Of a stretch of 64,000 nucleotides of DNA, positions 1-11,287 are shown in pieces. Each line of letters starts with the position of its first letter. The first letter of the stretch is position 1. Below the pieces are notes generated by a model. That model had not been told where the DNA came from. It did not search any database and saw only the letters and a program-made list of their open reading frames with translations. The stretch comes from an uncultured Clostridium sp. (GTDB taxonomy: Bacteria; Bacillota; Clostridia; TANB77; CAG-508): positions 3,372-67,371 of the forward strand of contig CAOKGO010000006.1 of NCBI GenBank assembly GCA_948468045.1. The letters run 5' to 3'. Position numbers and translations under genes: made by a program.

Positions 1-1685
1 CTGTAATCATAACAGTTTTAATTCCTGCTGTTTTACATTTTTCTACTGCTTTTTTCGCTTCTTCTCTTGGTGGGTCAATCATTCCTACCATACCAATAAA
101 TATTAAATCACTTTCAATTGTTTCTATTTCTTCTTTTGTAGGTTCATGGTCTATTTCTTTATATCCACAAGCCAAAACTCTTAAAGCTTCTTTTGCCATT
201 TCTTCATTGTGTTTCCTAATTGTAATTGCATAATTTTCTAAATCTTGTTTAATTTCTCCATTTAATAAGTAAGAATTACATTTTTTTAATAATTCATCTA
301 CTCCACCTTTTGTATATACAATATATTTTCCATCTTGATTATTAATAGTTGTCATTAATTTTCTATCTGAATCAAATGGAACTTCTCCTATACGAGGTGT
401 TCTATCATAAATACTTGGGTCAAAATCTAATTTGAATGCCATATCTACTAAAGCTGTTTCTGTTGGATCTCCTGTTAATTCTCCATTATTAGATATTTTT
501 GTATCATTACAAAGCATATTTGCATATACTAATTTTTTTAAATCTTGGTCTGTTTGAGTTTTTTCTTTTAATTTTTCTAAATCCTGAGTTTTATCATTAA
601 TAAATATTTTTTCTACTGTCATCTTATTTTGTGTTAATGTTCCTGTTTTATCTGAGCAAATAACTGTGCTACTACCTAATGTTTCTACTGCTGGAAGCCT
701 TTTTACAATCGCATTTTTCTTAACCATTTTTTGTACACCTATTGCTAGAACAATTGTTGATACTGCGACTAACCCCTCTGGAATAGCTGCAACTGCAAGA
801 CTTACTGCCGTCATAAACATATGGATTGGCTCTTTTCCTTGTATTAATCCTATTATAAATATAAATACACAAATGGCTAGTGCTGCAATTCCTAAAGTTT
901 TACCTAATTTATTTAATTTTTGTTGCAAAGGTGTTTCTTGTTTTTGTGTATTATTTATCATGCCTGCAATTTTTCCTACTTCTGTATTCATTCCTGTTTC
1001 TACAACAATTCCTTTTCCTCTACCATAAGTAACTAAACTAGAAGAAAATAGCATATTTATTCTATCACCAATACCAATGTCTTCCTCATCAATTTTTTTA
1101 ATATCTTTTTCCACTGGTACAGATTCTCCAGTTAAAGAAGATTCTTGCACTTTTAAATTAACTGCCTCTATTATTCTTAAATCTGCTGGGATATAATCTC
1201 CTGTATCTAATACAACAATATCTCCTGGTACTAATTCTTTAGCTGCTACAATTATTACTTCTCCATTTCTAATTACTTTAGATGCATGGTCTGTTAATTT
1301 CTGCAATGCTTCTAAAGATTTTTCGGCTTTTGCTTCTTGTGTTACTCCAATAATAGCATTAACAATTACAACAATTAAAATAATAATTGTATCTGTTATT
1401 CCGTTCTCCTTCTGCGACTCCTACTACACCAGACACAATAGCTGCTATAATTAAAACAATAATTGAAAAATCTTTAAATTGGTCTGCAAATCTTTGTAAC
1501 AGGCTTTTCTTTTTAGATGATTGTAATTGATTTGCTCCATATTGTTCTTGTCTTTTTAAGACTTCTTCTGAGCTTAACCCTTTTTCTTGATTTGTTTGTA
1601 ATTTTGTTTCTACTTCCTTAATTTCTTGATTAAACCATTTTTTATTTTCCACCTTAAAATCAACTCCTTTTCTTATTATGAACAA
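1..1685 (-). CDS. P-type cation-transporting ATPase, N-terminal part (extends past the window start); CGGA +1 recoding site at 1401-1404
   Basis: N-terminus GLSSEEVLKRQEQYGANQL is typical of Ca/Mg P-type ATPases. After the in-frame codon gaa-CGG-aat the +1 frame continues ITDTIIILIVV... through the actuator and phosphorylation domains to position 1. Confidence 0.8.
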
Positions 1686-1706
1686 TATTTGTGTAAAATA
1701 TATAAC

Positions 1707-1852
1707 AAAAGTGGCATGATTAAAATTTTATAACCTTTTAGATAACTTTTCATGCCACGTCTTTGTTCGCCCGCGAAAATTGCTTTACAATTTTTGCGTG
1801 GAACGCTTTATATTATAGGAAGTTCGGAGAACTTTCCTATAATATAAAAAAA
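1707..1852 (+). repeat. Modular intergenic repeat, family A (hairpin H1 + palindromic module M + hairpin H2-I)
   Basis: tggcatga...tcatgcca stem; cgcgaaaattgctttacaatttttgcg palindrome; tattataggaagttcggagaactttcctataata hairpin. Near-identical copy at 7747-7890 and related copies elsewhere. Confidence 0.8.
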
Positions 1853-2082
1853 CTTTTAAAAGGAAATTTTATTTCCCTTTAAAAGTCTCGCTTAACTAAA
1901 TTTTAGCCTTACTAACCAGATATATTTAATATATCGCGACTGTTGATTAGTAATAAAAAGCTACTCCCTTTTAAATTATTTATCTATTCCAAAATACAAT
2001 TTTGCCTTAAAGTTTTCCTGTAATGTTGATTAATACATATCTTGCAATTTTCTCCCTATTTTTCATCATTTGATAAAAGTTT

Positions 2083-2157
2083 TGGTGACCCCTACGGGAA
2101 TCGAACCCATGATTCCACCTTGAGAGGGTGGCGTCTTAACCGCTTGACCAAGGGGCC
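2083..2157 (-). tRNA. tRNA-Glu (anticodon CUC)
   Basis: 75-nt cloverleaf on the minus strand, GGCCCCTTGGTCAAGCGGTTAAGACGCCACCCTCTCAAGGTGGAATCATGGGTTCGATTCCCGTAGGGGTCACCA. Acceptor and T arms fold; anticodon loop CTCTCAA; closely resembles Bacillus tRNA-Glu. A TTGACT-17-TATAAC promoter lies upstream. Confidence 0.85.
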
Positions 2158-2293
2158 TTGTTAATACTTTCTATGTTATATCATTTTTTTTTAATTTAGT
2201 CAACCAATTTTAAATAAATAGGTATGAATATAATCTAATTTTTTTAACATTTTAGATTATTATTCACACCTCTCAATTTTTATAATCTATTTT

Positions 2294-3124
2294 TTAATTA
2301 AAAGCACTTAATGCTTCTCCAAATCCTGGTAATAAAATATTTACAAAATCATTATCTTCAGATATTTGCCATTCTCCATCTTGTTTCTTTAGATTTATTA
2401 TCTGTTCAGAACTTATTGTTTGTAAATCTTCACTACTTAATTCTTCCATCAAATAATTTGTTGCATCTTCTTCATTTGAGATACCACCACTAAACGCTGC
2501 TTTTATTGCTTTTTGCATATAATTATTTATTGCTGTTTTAAAATCCTTGTTTGTAACTTCTACTTTTACTGTTGCTGTATCTCCATTTTCTTTTACTTCT
2601 TTAATTTTCCATTCTAATTTATCAAAAAGTAGCTTTTTAGTTTCTTCGTCAAAATTTTCTTGTTTAAATTCATCTGCTAATACAGATTGACTTGTATTAC
2701 CTGATTTTAAATCTTGGAATATTTTTTCTACTACTTTTTTTGGTGAATCTGACATAAATACATAAGCTAAAATTGCAATAATTACTATACCTACAATTGC
2801 AATTGTTGCTATTATTCCTTTATTTGCCTTTTTATTTTCTACCTTTGATTTTTCAAAAGTCTTTGTTGTTGCCTTTTTTGCAGTATTTTTATTTTGTTCT
2901 TTTTTAGTCTCATTTTTTATTTCTTTTGAAGTTTCATCTTTCTTAATTTCTTTTGGTTGTTCAATTTGTTGTTCTTCTTTTTTTGTTTCTATTGATTCTT
3001 CTTTCTCACCTTTTTTGTTTTTCTCTTCTAAAACTTCTTCTTTTTTGTTTTCTACACTTTCATTTATTTTTTTATCTTCTAGCTCTATATCTTGTTTTTT
3101 TGCTTCTTTGTTTTCTTCATCCAT
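2294..3124 (-). CDS. Membrane-anchored protein with a K/E-rich N-terminal region and a C-terminal globular domain (hypothetical)
   Basis: 276-aa ORF with a low-complexity KE-rich N-terminus, one TM segment (IIATIAIVGIVIIAILAYVF) and a C-terminal domain. Pairs with the upstream HTH-TM protein. Confidence 0.55.
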   Translation of the reverse strand: MDEENKEAKKQDIELEDKKINESVENKKEEVLEEKNKKGEKEESIETKKEEQQIEQPKEIKKDETSKEIKNETKKEQNKNTAKKATTKTFEKSKVENKKANKGIIATIAIVGIVIIAILAYVFMSDSPKKVVEKIFQDLKSGNTSQSVLADEFKQENFDEETKKLLFDKLEWKIKEVKENGDTATVKVEVTNKDFKTAINNYMQKAIKAAFSGGISNEEDATNYLMEELSSEDLQTISSEQIINLKKQDGEWQISEDNDFVNILLPGFGEALSAFN

Positions 3125-3205
3125 GATATTTATCCTCCTATTATTTTTATTTCATGTTGATTATATCCCAATTAAATACTTTTTGCAACGATTTTAGACA
3201 AATAA

Positions 3206-3646
3206 TTAAAAATTTTCTCTTCTTACTTCTATCAATAAACTTGAATTATAACAAAAAAACCAAAGAGCCCATATCAACCCTCCAACAATAACTACATAAG
3301 AAAATATATATCCTACTTTTAATGAAATTCCTGTTAGATAACAGATCCATTTTATTATAGTTGCATGAATAGATTCAAGACCTTGTTTATAACTATTACT
3401 TTTTGCCATAACAAAATTATCGCTTGGTATAAAATACAATTCTGATAATTTATAAATTTCATTTATTTCTGGATATTCCAATCCTATTTCCCATTTTTTT
3501 ACTTTTTTCTCATCAACCACTAATCCTATTTTATTTAATTCTTCTACCATTTGTATATATGTCCACTGTTTTTCTTCTCTTAAATCTTTTAGTAATTGTT
3601 CTAATGTTCTTTCTTCCAGTATTATTTCTTCTTTTGCTTCATCCAT
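3206..3646 (-). CDS. XRE-like HTH regulator with C-terminal transmembrane segments
   Basis: N-terminal QWTYIQMVEELNKIGL helix-turn-helix, then hydrophobic helices YVVIVGGLIWALWFF. Confidence 0.55.
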   Translation of the reverse strand: MDEAKEEIILEERTLEQLLKDLREEKQWTYIQMVEELNKIGLVVDEKKVKKWEIGLEYPEINEIYKLSELYFIPSDNFVMAKSNSYKQGLESIHATIIKWICYLTGISLKVGYIFSYVVIVGGLIWALWFFCYNSSLLIEVRRENF

Positions 3647-3731
3647 TCTTTTTTCCCCTTTTTTACTTTATTATAACAATAGAAAAAAATTAATGCAATA
3701 TTTAAAAGCAGCAAATTTTTACATTGCCCCA

Positions 3732-4652
3732 TTAATTCCACCGAGCAACAATTTCTTTCATATTTTCAATTAAATCATCTATTTCTTTAGGTGTCACAAT
3801 TAAATTATAATCTTTTGGAAGTAATGCTTCCTTTATTTCCTCATAGTTATCTTCTTCTTTTAGTTTATTCAAATAATCATTTGACTTTGCTTCTTGTTGT
3901 AGCTTTTCAATAAATAAATCCAAACTATCATTTACTAATACTGCTGTTTCAACAACTGTTGGTATACCAATAGCTATAACTGGAATTCCCAATGTTTTTT
4001 CACTTATTTCACTTCTAGTATTTCCAACACCTGCTCCTGGAACAATTCCAGTATCTGATAATTGTACTGTACTACTAATTCTTTCTATACTTCGAGAAGC
4101 CAATGCATCAATTACAATAACCATTTTAGGTTTTATATTATCTACAATTCCTTTTAAAATTTCAACTGTTTCAATTCCTGTTGTGCCAAGAACTCCTGGT
4201 GATATAGCACTTACCATTCTAGTTCCTTCTTCTACATATTGTGGTAAATAATTTATTATATGTCTAGTTACTTCTATTTCATTAATTACTTTTGGCCCCA
4301 AAGCATCTGGTGTTACATAAATATTTCCAAGTCCTACTATTAAAATTTCTCCTTGGCTATCAATATGCTTTCCAATCACTTCTTTTAATTCTTTACTTAA
4401 AGTTTCAGCTGCCTTTTGAATTTCTTCTTCTTGTGCAATTTTTAATTTTTTTACATCAATTGTTATATAATTTCCTATTGGCTTTCCTATTGCCTGTTCT
4501 CCCTTTTCACTAGTTATTTTTACTCTTTCAACTCTAATATTTTCATCAATTTCCTCTTGATTTGATTCAATCCCATCAATTTCTTCTAATTTATTAGCTT
4601 TTTGGTAGATTTCTCTTCTTTCAGATGCTAAATCAGTTCTAAAATTAAACAT
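3732..4652 (-). CDS. gpr: Germination protease GPR-like endopeptidase
   Basis: RTDLASERRE N-terminus and the ILIVGLGNIYVTPDALGPKV motif match the GPR family. An in-frame CGGT sits three codons before the stop (3740-3743), so the true C-terminus may be ...EIVAGGINGAM. Confidence 0.65.
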   Translation of the reverse strand: MFNFRTDLASERREIYQKANKLEEIDGIESNQEEIDENIRVERVKITSEKGEQAIGKPIGNYITIDVKKLKIAQEEEIQKAAETLSKELKEVIGKHIDSQGEILIVGLGNIYVTPDALGPKVINEIEVTRHIINYLPQYVEEGTRMVSAISPGVLGTTGIETVEILKGIVDNIKPKMVIVIDALASRSIERISSTVQLSDTGIVPGAGVGNTRSEISEKTLGIPVIAIGIPTVVETAVLVNDSLDLFIEKLQQEAKSNDYLNKLKEEDNYEEIKEALLPKDYNLIVTPKEIDDLIENMKEIVARWN

Positions 4653-4717
4653 AAAATCCTCCTTAATAACTTTTTCTTTAGTATGGTTTATAAGAGTGGT
4701 TTTTATTATATTTTGAA

Positions 4718-4765
4718 CAAAAAAAGAAGAATTGTATTAATACCTTAATATTAAAACAATTCTTC
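4718..4765 (-). terminator. Rho-independent terminator after uvrA
   Basis: agaagaattgt...acaattcttct 11-bp stem followed by a T-run on the minus strand. Confidence 0.55.
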
Positions 4766-4773
4766 TAATATCT

Positions 4774-7635
4774 TTATTCCAAATATTTTTTCAAAAACTT
4801 ACCTGTATAACTTCTTTCATTTGTACATATTTGTTCTGGTGTTCCAACTGCAACAACTTCTCCACCATTATCTCCACCCTCTGGGCCTAAATCTACAATA
4901 TAATCACTTGTTTTTATTAGGTCAAGGTTGTGTTCTATTACAATAATTGTATTTCCAGTATCTACTAATCTTTGTAAAATATCTACTAACCTATGAACAT
5001 CTGCAATATGAAGTCCTGTTGTAGGTTCATCTAATATATATAACGTTTTTCCAGTTGCCCTTTTAGATAATTCAGTAGCTAGTTTTACCCTTTGTGCTTC
5101 TCCACCAGATAATGTTGTAGATGGTTGTCCTAGTTTAATATAACCGAAGCCCTACATCATTTAATGTTTGTATCTTTTGTTTGATTTTTGGTATTTTGTC
5201 AAAAAAACTTAAAGCTTCTTCTACCGTCATATCTAAGACATCTGCAATTGTTTTTCCTTTATATTTTACTTCTAATGTTTCACGATTATATCTTTTTCCT
5301 TTACATACTTCACATGGTACATAAATGTCTGGCAAAAAATGCATTTCTATCTTGTGAACACCGTCACCATTACAGCTCTCACATCTTCCCCCTGCAACGT
5401 TAAAGCTAAATCTACCTTTTTGGTAACCACGCATCTTAGCTTCTTCTGTTGCTGCAAAAATATCACGAATTAGGTCAAATACTCCTGTATAAGTTGCTGG
5501 ATTAGAACGAGGCGTTCTTCCAATTGGAGATTGGTCTATATTAATTATTTTGTCTATATTTTGCAAACCTTTTACTTCTTTACATTTTCCTGGCTTTTCA
5601 TTTGAACCATTTAATTCTTTTGCAACTGTTTTGTATAAAACTTCATTTACTAAAGTTGATTTTCCGTGAACCTGATACTCCTGTAACACAGTTAAATACT
5701 CCAAGTGGGAATTTTATACTAACATTTTTCAAGTTATTTTCTGTTGCATTTACAACTTCAATTATTTTAGTTTTAGTATGTTTTCTTCTTTTTTTAGGTA
5801 CTGCTATTTGTTTTCTTCCACTTAAGTATTGACCTGTAATTGAGTTTTCTACTTTTTTTATCTCTTCTGCTGTTCCGTTGTGCCATAACTTGTCCACCAT
5901 GTGTTCCTGCCCCTGGTCCAATATCAATAATTTGGTCTGCTGCATACATTGTGTCTTCATCATGTTCTACAACTAACAAAGTGTTGCCTAAATCTCTTAA
6001 TTTTTTAAGTGTTGCTAATAGTTTGTCATTATCTCTTTGATGTAAACCAATACTTGGTTCATCTAAGATATACAAAACACCTGTTAATCCTGAACCAATT
6101 TGTGTAGCTAGACGTATTCTTTGAGCTTCTCCTCCTGATAATGTTCCAGCACTTCTTGATAATGTTAAGTATTCTAACCCAACATCCATTAAAAATTGTA
6201 ATCTTTGGTCTATTTCTTTTAAAATTAGTTCTGAAATCATTGCTTCTGTTTTTGTTAATGTAAGCCCATTTAGATGTTTTTTTATTTTATTAATTGGCAT
6301 ATTAGTTAATTCATTAATGTTTTTATCTCCTATTTTTATGGCTAAAATCTCTGGCTTTAGTCTTGCTCCATTGCAAGAATTACAAGGAGAATTGCTCATA
6401 TACATTTCGTAAAAATCTCTCATTCCTTGTGATTTTGTTTCATTATGACGCCTGTCTAATGTTGGTATAACTCCCTCAAATGGTGCTTTAAATTTCCTTG
6501 TTCCTGCATATGACTCAAATTCAAAGTCTATTTCTTCTTCTCCTGTACCATATAAGATTTTTTCTAAAAACCATCTTGGTAAATCTTTTATTTTTTTGTT
6601 TTTTATTTCTACACCATAATGTTCTCCTAGGCTTTCAAAGTACATTTTTGCCATTGTGTCACCTTTTTTCATAGTACTAGCTCCAAAGGCTTTTACTCCA
6701 TCATACAATGTTTTGTTTTTGTCTGGTATTATTAGGTCTTCGTCAATTTTCATTAAATATCCTATTCCTGTACAGGTTGGACATGCACCAAATGGGTTGT
6801 TAAATGAAAACATCCTTGGTGTTAGTTCTGGAAAACTAAATCCACAGTCTGGACAAGCATAGTTACAACTGTATAAAATTGGCTCTTGTCCTACAATATC
6901 AATTAAAACCATTTTTTCAGCATGTTTTAGTGCTATTTCTACTGATTCTGTTAGTCTGCTTACAATATCTGATTTGATTACTAGTCTGTCTACTATTAGT
7001 TCTACATTATGCTTTTTCTTTCTATCTAATATAATGTCGTCTTGACCAAGTTCGTAGATTTCTCCATCAATTCTTACTCTTACAAAACCATCTTTTTGGT
7101 ATTCTTCTAATTGCTTGGTAAATTCACCTTTTCTTCCTCTTACTACTGGTGCTAATACTTGGATTTTTGTACCTTCTTGTAAATTCATGATGTTGTCTAT
7201 AATTTGGTCTATACTTTGCTTTTCTATTTTTTTATGACAATTTGGACAGTATGGTACTCCAATTCTTGCATATAACAAACGTATATAGTCATAAATTTCT
7301 GTTACTGTTCCAACAGTAGAACGTGGATTTTTAGATGTGGTTTTTTGGTCAATAGAAATGGCTGGAGATAAGCCGTCTATGCTTTCTACATCTGGCTTTT
7401 CCATTAGTCCTAAGAATTGCCTTGCATATGATGATAAGCTTTCTACATATCTTCTTTGTCCTTCTGCATATAATGTATCAAATGCTAAACTTGATTTTCC
7501 AGAACCAGAAAGCCCTGTTATTACCACTAATTTGTCTCTTGGAATTTCTAAATTTATGTTTTTTAAATTATGTTCTTTTGCCCCTTTTATGATAATTTTG
7601 TCATTCATTTTTACCCCATTCTTTCCTAAGCACAA
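4774..7635 (-). CDS. uvrA: Excinuclease ABC subunit A; one 952-aa protein once three CGGN +1 sites are read through (5874-5877, 5663-5666, 5143-5146)
   Basis: ORF fragments 5794-7635, 5643-5963, 5135-5704 and 4774-5135 are consecutive UvrA segments. The junctions GGQVMAQ|GTAEEI, GVSGS|GKSTLVNE (Walker A) and DVGL|[19 protein letters not shown] each fall on an in-frame CGG followed by A or T. Confidence 0.9.
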
Positions 7636-7746
7636 TTGCTTTTAATTTATTTTACCCAAACATTATATCGTTTATTTATAAAAAAGTCAATAATTTTAAG
7701 AACATTTTTTCGTTTTTTGTTGGTTCTTAAAACTATATTTTGATAT

Positions 7747-7890
7747 AACAGAACAAAAGTGGCATGATTAAAATTTTATAACCTTTTAAATAACTTTTCA
7801 TGCCACGTCTTTGTTCGCCCGCGAAAATTGCTTTGCAATTTTCTGTGGAACGCTTTATATTATAGGAAGTTCAGAGAACTTTCCTATAAT
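7747..7890 (+). repeat. Modular intergenic repeat, family A (H1-M-H2-I)
   Basis: About 95% identical to 1707-1852. Confidence 0.8.
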
Positions 7891-7905
7891 ATAAAAGGAG
7901 AGTTC

Positions 7906-9438
7906 CTATAAACTCCCCAAAATCATATCTATTTGTCCATCTTTCAAATAAATTACTTCGTCTGAATTTGCAATTGTAGACTTTCTATGTGCAACAATAA
8001 TTACTGTACTTGTTGTTGATATATGGTCTATCATTTTTTGTATCATCTTTTCTGTTTTTAAATCAATATTAGAAGTTGGTTCATCAAAAATATAAATATT
8101 TGCTTTATGCAAAATAGCACGTATAAAAGCTATCATTTGCAATTCCCCATAAGATAATTCATTTGCTTTTATTATTGTATTCAATCCATTTGGCAAACGT
8201 TTAAGTAGCTGAACTGCTCCAATCTTTTCAGCTATATCTTCTATTTGATCATCTGTTATCTCTTGGTTTCCTAGGCAAATATTATTTCTTAAGTTATCTG
8301 TAAAAATATATGGATTTTGTGAAATATAAGAAATATTTTTCCTCAAACTTTGGTTACTTATTTCACTTATATCTTGATTTCCTATTAAAATTTTTCCACT
8401 TTGTATATCATACAATTTCATTAATACATTAACCAATGTTGTTTTTCCTGCTCCTGTTCTTCCTGCAATTGTAACTTTATTTCCCTCTTTTATTGTAAAA
8501 GAAATATTTTTCAAAACAGTTTCTTTATCATATTTCATACTAACATTTTGAAATTCTATATCACCTTTTAACACATCTATGTCTTTACCTTGTCTTAAAT
8601 TATCTTCTTGTTTTTCTTGTAAAATTTGTTTTATCCTTCTATAAGATGCCATACAATTTTGGATTTCCTCTAATTGATTACATATACTATTTAATGGATT
8701 TCTACATTCTTTAATATAAAATAAAATTAAATACACACTCCCAATTGATATAGACTTAATATTTAAAGCATAATACAATACGCTATAAATTCCTACTGCT
8801 TCTAGTACACCTATTAGCCAATAAGGAAAATGATGAAAATTTATATATTTTTTTCTTGCTTTTAGTTCTTCTCCAAATACATATTTTGATTTTTCTATAT
8901 TGTTTTCTTGCAATTGATATAAATATGTTAGTTTACTCTTATTATAGAATTCTGAAAGTTCTTTTGTTGTTATTTCTCTTCTTCTTAATATTTGTTGCAT
9001 TAATTTTCCTAATTTATTTGTTGATTTAGTAGTTACAATACCAATTACCCCAATAGTTGCAAGTCCAATTAATGCCAATTGAACATCTGCAAAAAACATC
9101 ATCATCACCATAAATACAATATATAGTACATCATCTATTAAAACATTAAGTACACCAAAAAATAAAGAAAACAACTCTCCTACATCATTTACAAGCCTTG
9201 TATATAACTGTGCTGAATTATATTTTTCAAATGTTTTCATTTTGAATTTTAATAATTTATCAAATGCTTTAATTCTAATATCTTTTAAAAATTTAGCCAT
9301 TAGTATGTTAAATTTTATATTTTTTATGTTTTTTAAAAATGCGTAAAAAATATGAATTGAAACATAAGCCACAACTAATTTTACTAAAATTTCTTCAACA
9401 TCTACTGCCTGGAAATCTACCTCCAAAATTTGTTTCAT
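7906..9438 (-). CDS. ABC transporter ATP-binding/permease (type I exporter half); the N-terminus probably extends to about 9522
   Basis: Walker A GRTGAGKTT, signature LSYGELQ, Walker B IYIFDEPTS. The in-frame upstream sequence VIKDIIKKYTKSYVIIIVLLILCNIFGTIHPFIM looks like a genuine first TM helix but has no ATG, GTG or TTG. Confidence 0.8.
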   Translation of the reverse strand: MKQILEVDFQAVDVEEILVKLVVAYVSIHIFYAFLKNIKNIKFNILMAKFLKDIRIKAFDKLLKFKMKTFEKYNSAQLYTRLVNDVGELFSLFFGVLNVLIDDVLYIVFMVMMMFFADVQLALIGLATIGVIGIVTTKSTNKLGKLMQQILRRREITTKELSEFYNKSKLTYLYQLQENNIEKSKYVFGEELKARKKYINFHHFPYWLIGVLEAVGIYSVLYYALNIKSISIGSVYLILFYIKECRNPLNSICNQLEEIQNCMASYRRIKQILQEKQEDNLRQGKDIDVLKGDIEFQNVSMKYDKETVLKNISFTIKEGNKVTIAGRTGAGKTTLVNVLMKLYDIQSGKILIGNQDISEISNQSLRKNISYISQNPYIFTDNLRNNICLGNQEITDDQIEDIAEKIGAVQLLKRLPNGLNTIIKANELSYGELQMIAFIRAILHKANIYIFDEPTSNIDLKTEKMIQKMIDHISTTSTVIIVAHRKSTIANSDEVIYLKDGQIDMILGSL

Positions 9439-9530
9439 AATAAATGGATGTATTGTTCCAAAGATATTGCATAAAATTAATAATACTATTATAATAACAT
9501 AAGATTTTGTATATTTTTTTATAATATCTT

Positions 9531-11258
9531 TTATAACAATTCACCCTCTCTTTCATATTGGTTTAATTCTTGATATAACTCATTTATTTCTAATAATTGT
9601 TCATGTGTTCCACTAGCCTCTATTTTTCCATTAATTATTAAATACACTCTGTCCATATTTTCCATCATACTAACTTTGTTAGAAACAACAATTAAAGTAT
9701 TGTTTCCAACTTCGCTTTCAATAGCTTTTAATACCTTTTTTTCAGTTTCACTATCTAAAGCAGATAAACTATCATCATAAATATTAATTTCTCTTGTATT
9801 TAGCAATGTTCTTGCAATTTGTATTCTTTGCTTTTGACCACCAGAAACTTTAGAGCCATTTTCCCCTATTTGTGTTTCAAACTTTTCTTCCATTTTTTCT
9901 ATGTCTTCTAATAATTGTGCTTTATCAATGACCCTTTTTAAATCTTCTTCTTTTTTTTCATTTTTCATATCTATATTGTCTTTAATATTTTCATCTAATA
10001 TAATTCCTTTTTGTGTGCTATAACCTATCTTTTTAAAAATGCTTTCTCTACTATATTGATTTATATCAATTCCATTTATATTTATTATGTCATTTGGTAT
10101 TTCATAAAGTCCTGCCAATATGTTCATTAGTGTTGTTTTTCCACTTCCTACTTGACCAACTATTCCTATTTTTTCTCCTTTGAATATTTGCATTGTGATA
10201 TTGCTTAATGCTGGTTTTGCACTTTTGCTATAATAATAGCTTAAATTATTAATTTCTATTTTTTCGATATTTTTTAATTCTTTTCCATCTCTTTTATATT
10301 TTTCCAAACTAAAGAAATAATTAAATCTTCTTCTTGCTTGTTTAAAATAAGCCCAACCATCTAACAATGGTTCAATAGATTTAATAATTTCTGAAAGAAC
10401 TAAGCTTATGCAAGCAATATATACTGTTAAATCTCCAACTGTCATACTGTTTTTTTGAATTAGAAATACACCAATTGCAAAACCCAAACTATAACAAATG
10501 GCATATAAAATATTCATTACATTAGCTATTTTATTTTTTACTACTCCTATTTTATAATCTGTTTCATATGTTTGTTCATTTATTTTCTCAAATTTTGTTT
10601 TTTGATTTTCTTGTTCGTTATATAACTTAATTAAAGAAAATCCAGATGTATTTTGTTCAATTATTTTTGAATATTCTACACCTACTTTTCTTGCATCTTC
10701 AATTTTTTTGTTTAACTCTTTATATAGTTTAAAAATCCAAATAACACAAATTGGGATAATTGGCAAAACACTTAATGCTAATCCTAAATTAACATTTTTT
10801 CCAATCATTATAATTCCTATAATTGGTGCAATAACTAATTTTGAAATATTAAAAAAGAAATTACCAAAAAATTTACGAATCATTACTAATTCTTTAGATA
10901 AATATGCTAAATATGTACCTTTATCTTCTTTGTCATAATATTCAGGTTTTACATATTGTAAGTGTTCTACTACCTTTTTTCTTAAATATGTATCTGAAAT
11001 TCTAGCTGTCCTATATATTAATACTCTATATATAACTCTTGGTACAATTAAGATAACAGAATATAACACTAATGCATATACTTCTGCCATAATAATTTGT
11101 TTTTGTATTTCTCCTTGTAGTAATAGGTCTAATATATTTCCTAATATACTAGGTATTTTACAATGTATGTATACAGTTATACTATGAAAAAACATTCCCA
11201 ATATGTAAATTGGAATTGTTCTTTTTAATTCGTCTGTAAAAATTTTACTATCTTTCAT
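9531..11258 (-). CDS. ABC transporter ATP-binding/permease (type I exporter half, partner of 7906-9438)
   Basis: Six-TM domain plus GQVGSGKTT Walker A, LSGGQKQR signature and a Walker B motif. Confidence 0.85.
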   Translation of the reverse strand: MKDSKIFTDELKRTIPIYILGMFFHSITVYIHCKIPSILGNILDLLLQGEIQKQIIMAEVYALVLYSVILIVPRVIYRVLIYRTARISDTYLRKKVVEHLQYVKPEYYDKEDKGTYLAYLSKELVMIRKFFGNFFFNISKLVIAPIIGIIMIGKNVNLGLALSVLPIIPICVIWIFKLYKELNKKIEDARKVGVEYSKIIEQNTSGFSLIKLYNEQENQKTKFEKINEQTYETDYKIGVVKNKIANVMNILYAICYSLGFAIGVFLIQKNSMTVGDLTVYIACISLVLSEIIKSIEPLLDGWAYFKQARRRFNYFFSLEKYKRDGKELKNIEKIEINNLSYYYSKSAKPALSNITMQIFKGEKIGIVGQVGSGKTTLMNILAGLYEIPNDIININGIDINQYSRESIFKKIGYSTQKGIILDENIKDNIDMKNEKKEEDLKRVIDKAQLLEDIEKMEEKFETQIGENGSKVSGGQKQRIQIARTLLNTREINIYDDSLSALDSETEKKVLKAIESEVGNNTLIVVSNKVSMMENMDRVYLIINGKIEASGTHEQLLEINELYQELNQYEREGELL

Positions 11259-11287
11259 TTTTTATAATTAGTCTCACCCCTTACAAA

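Noticed and set aside
2311-2493. Numerous 60-190-aa ORFs on the strand opposite confident genes (e.g. 2311-2493, 4292-4513, 15883-16134, 19004-19591, 21062-21607, 36570-37022)
   Set aside because: These are low-complexity L/F/I-rich translations of the antisense of AT-rich coding DNA and lie fully inside well-supported genes. They are spurious.
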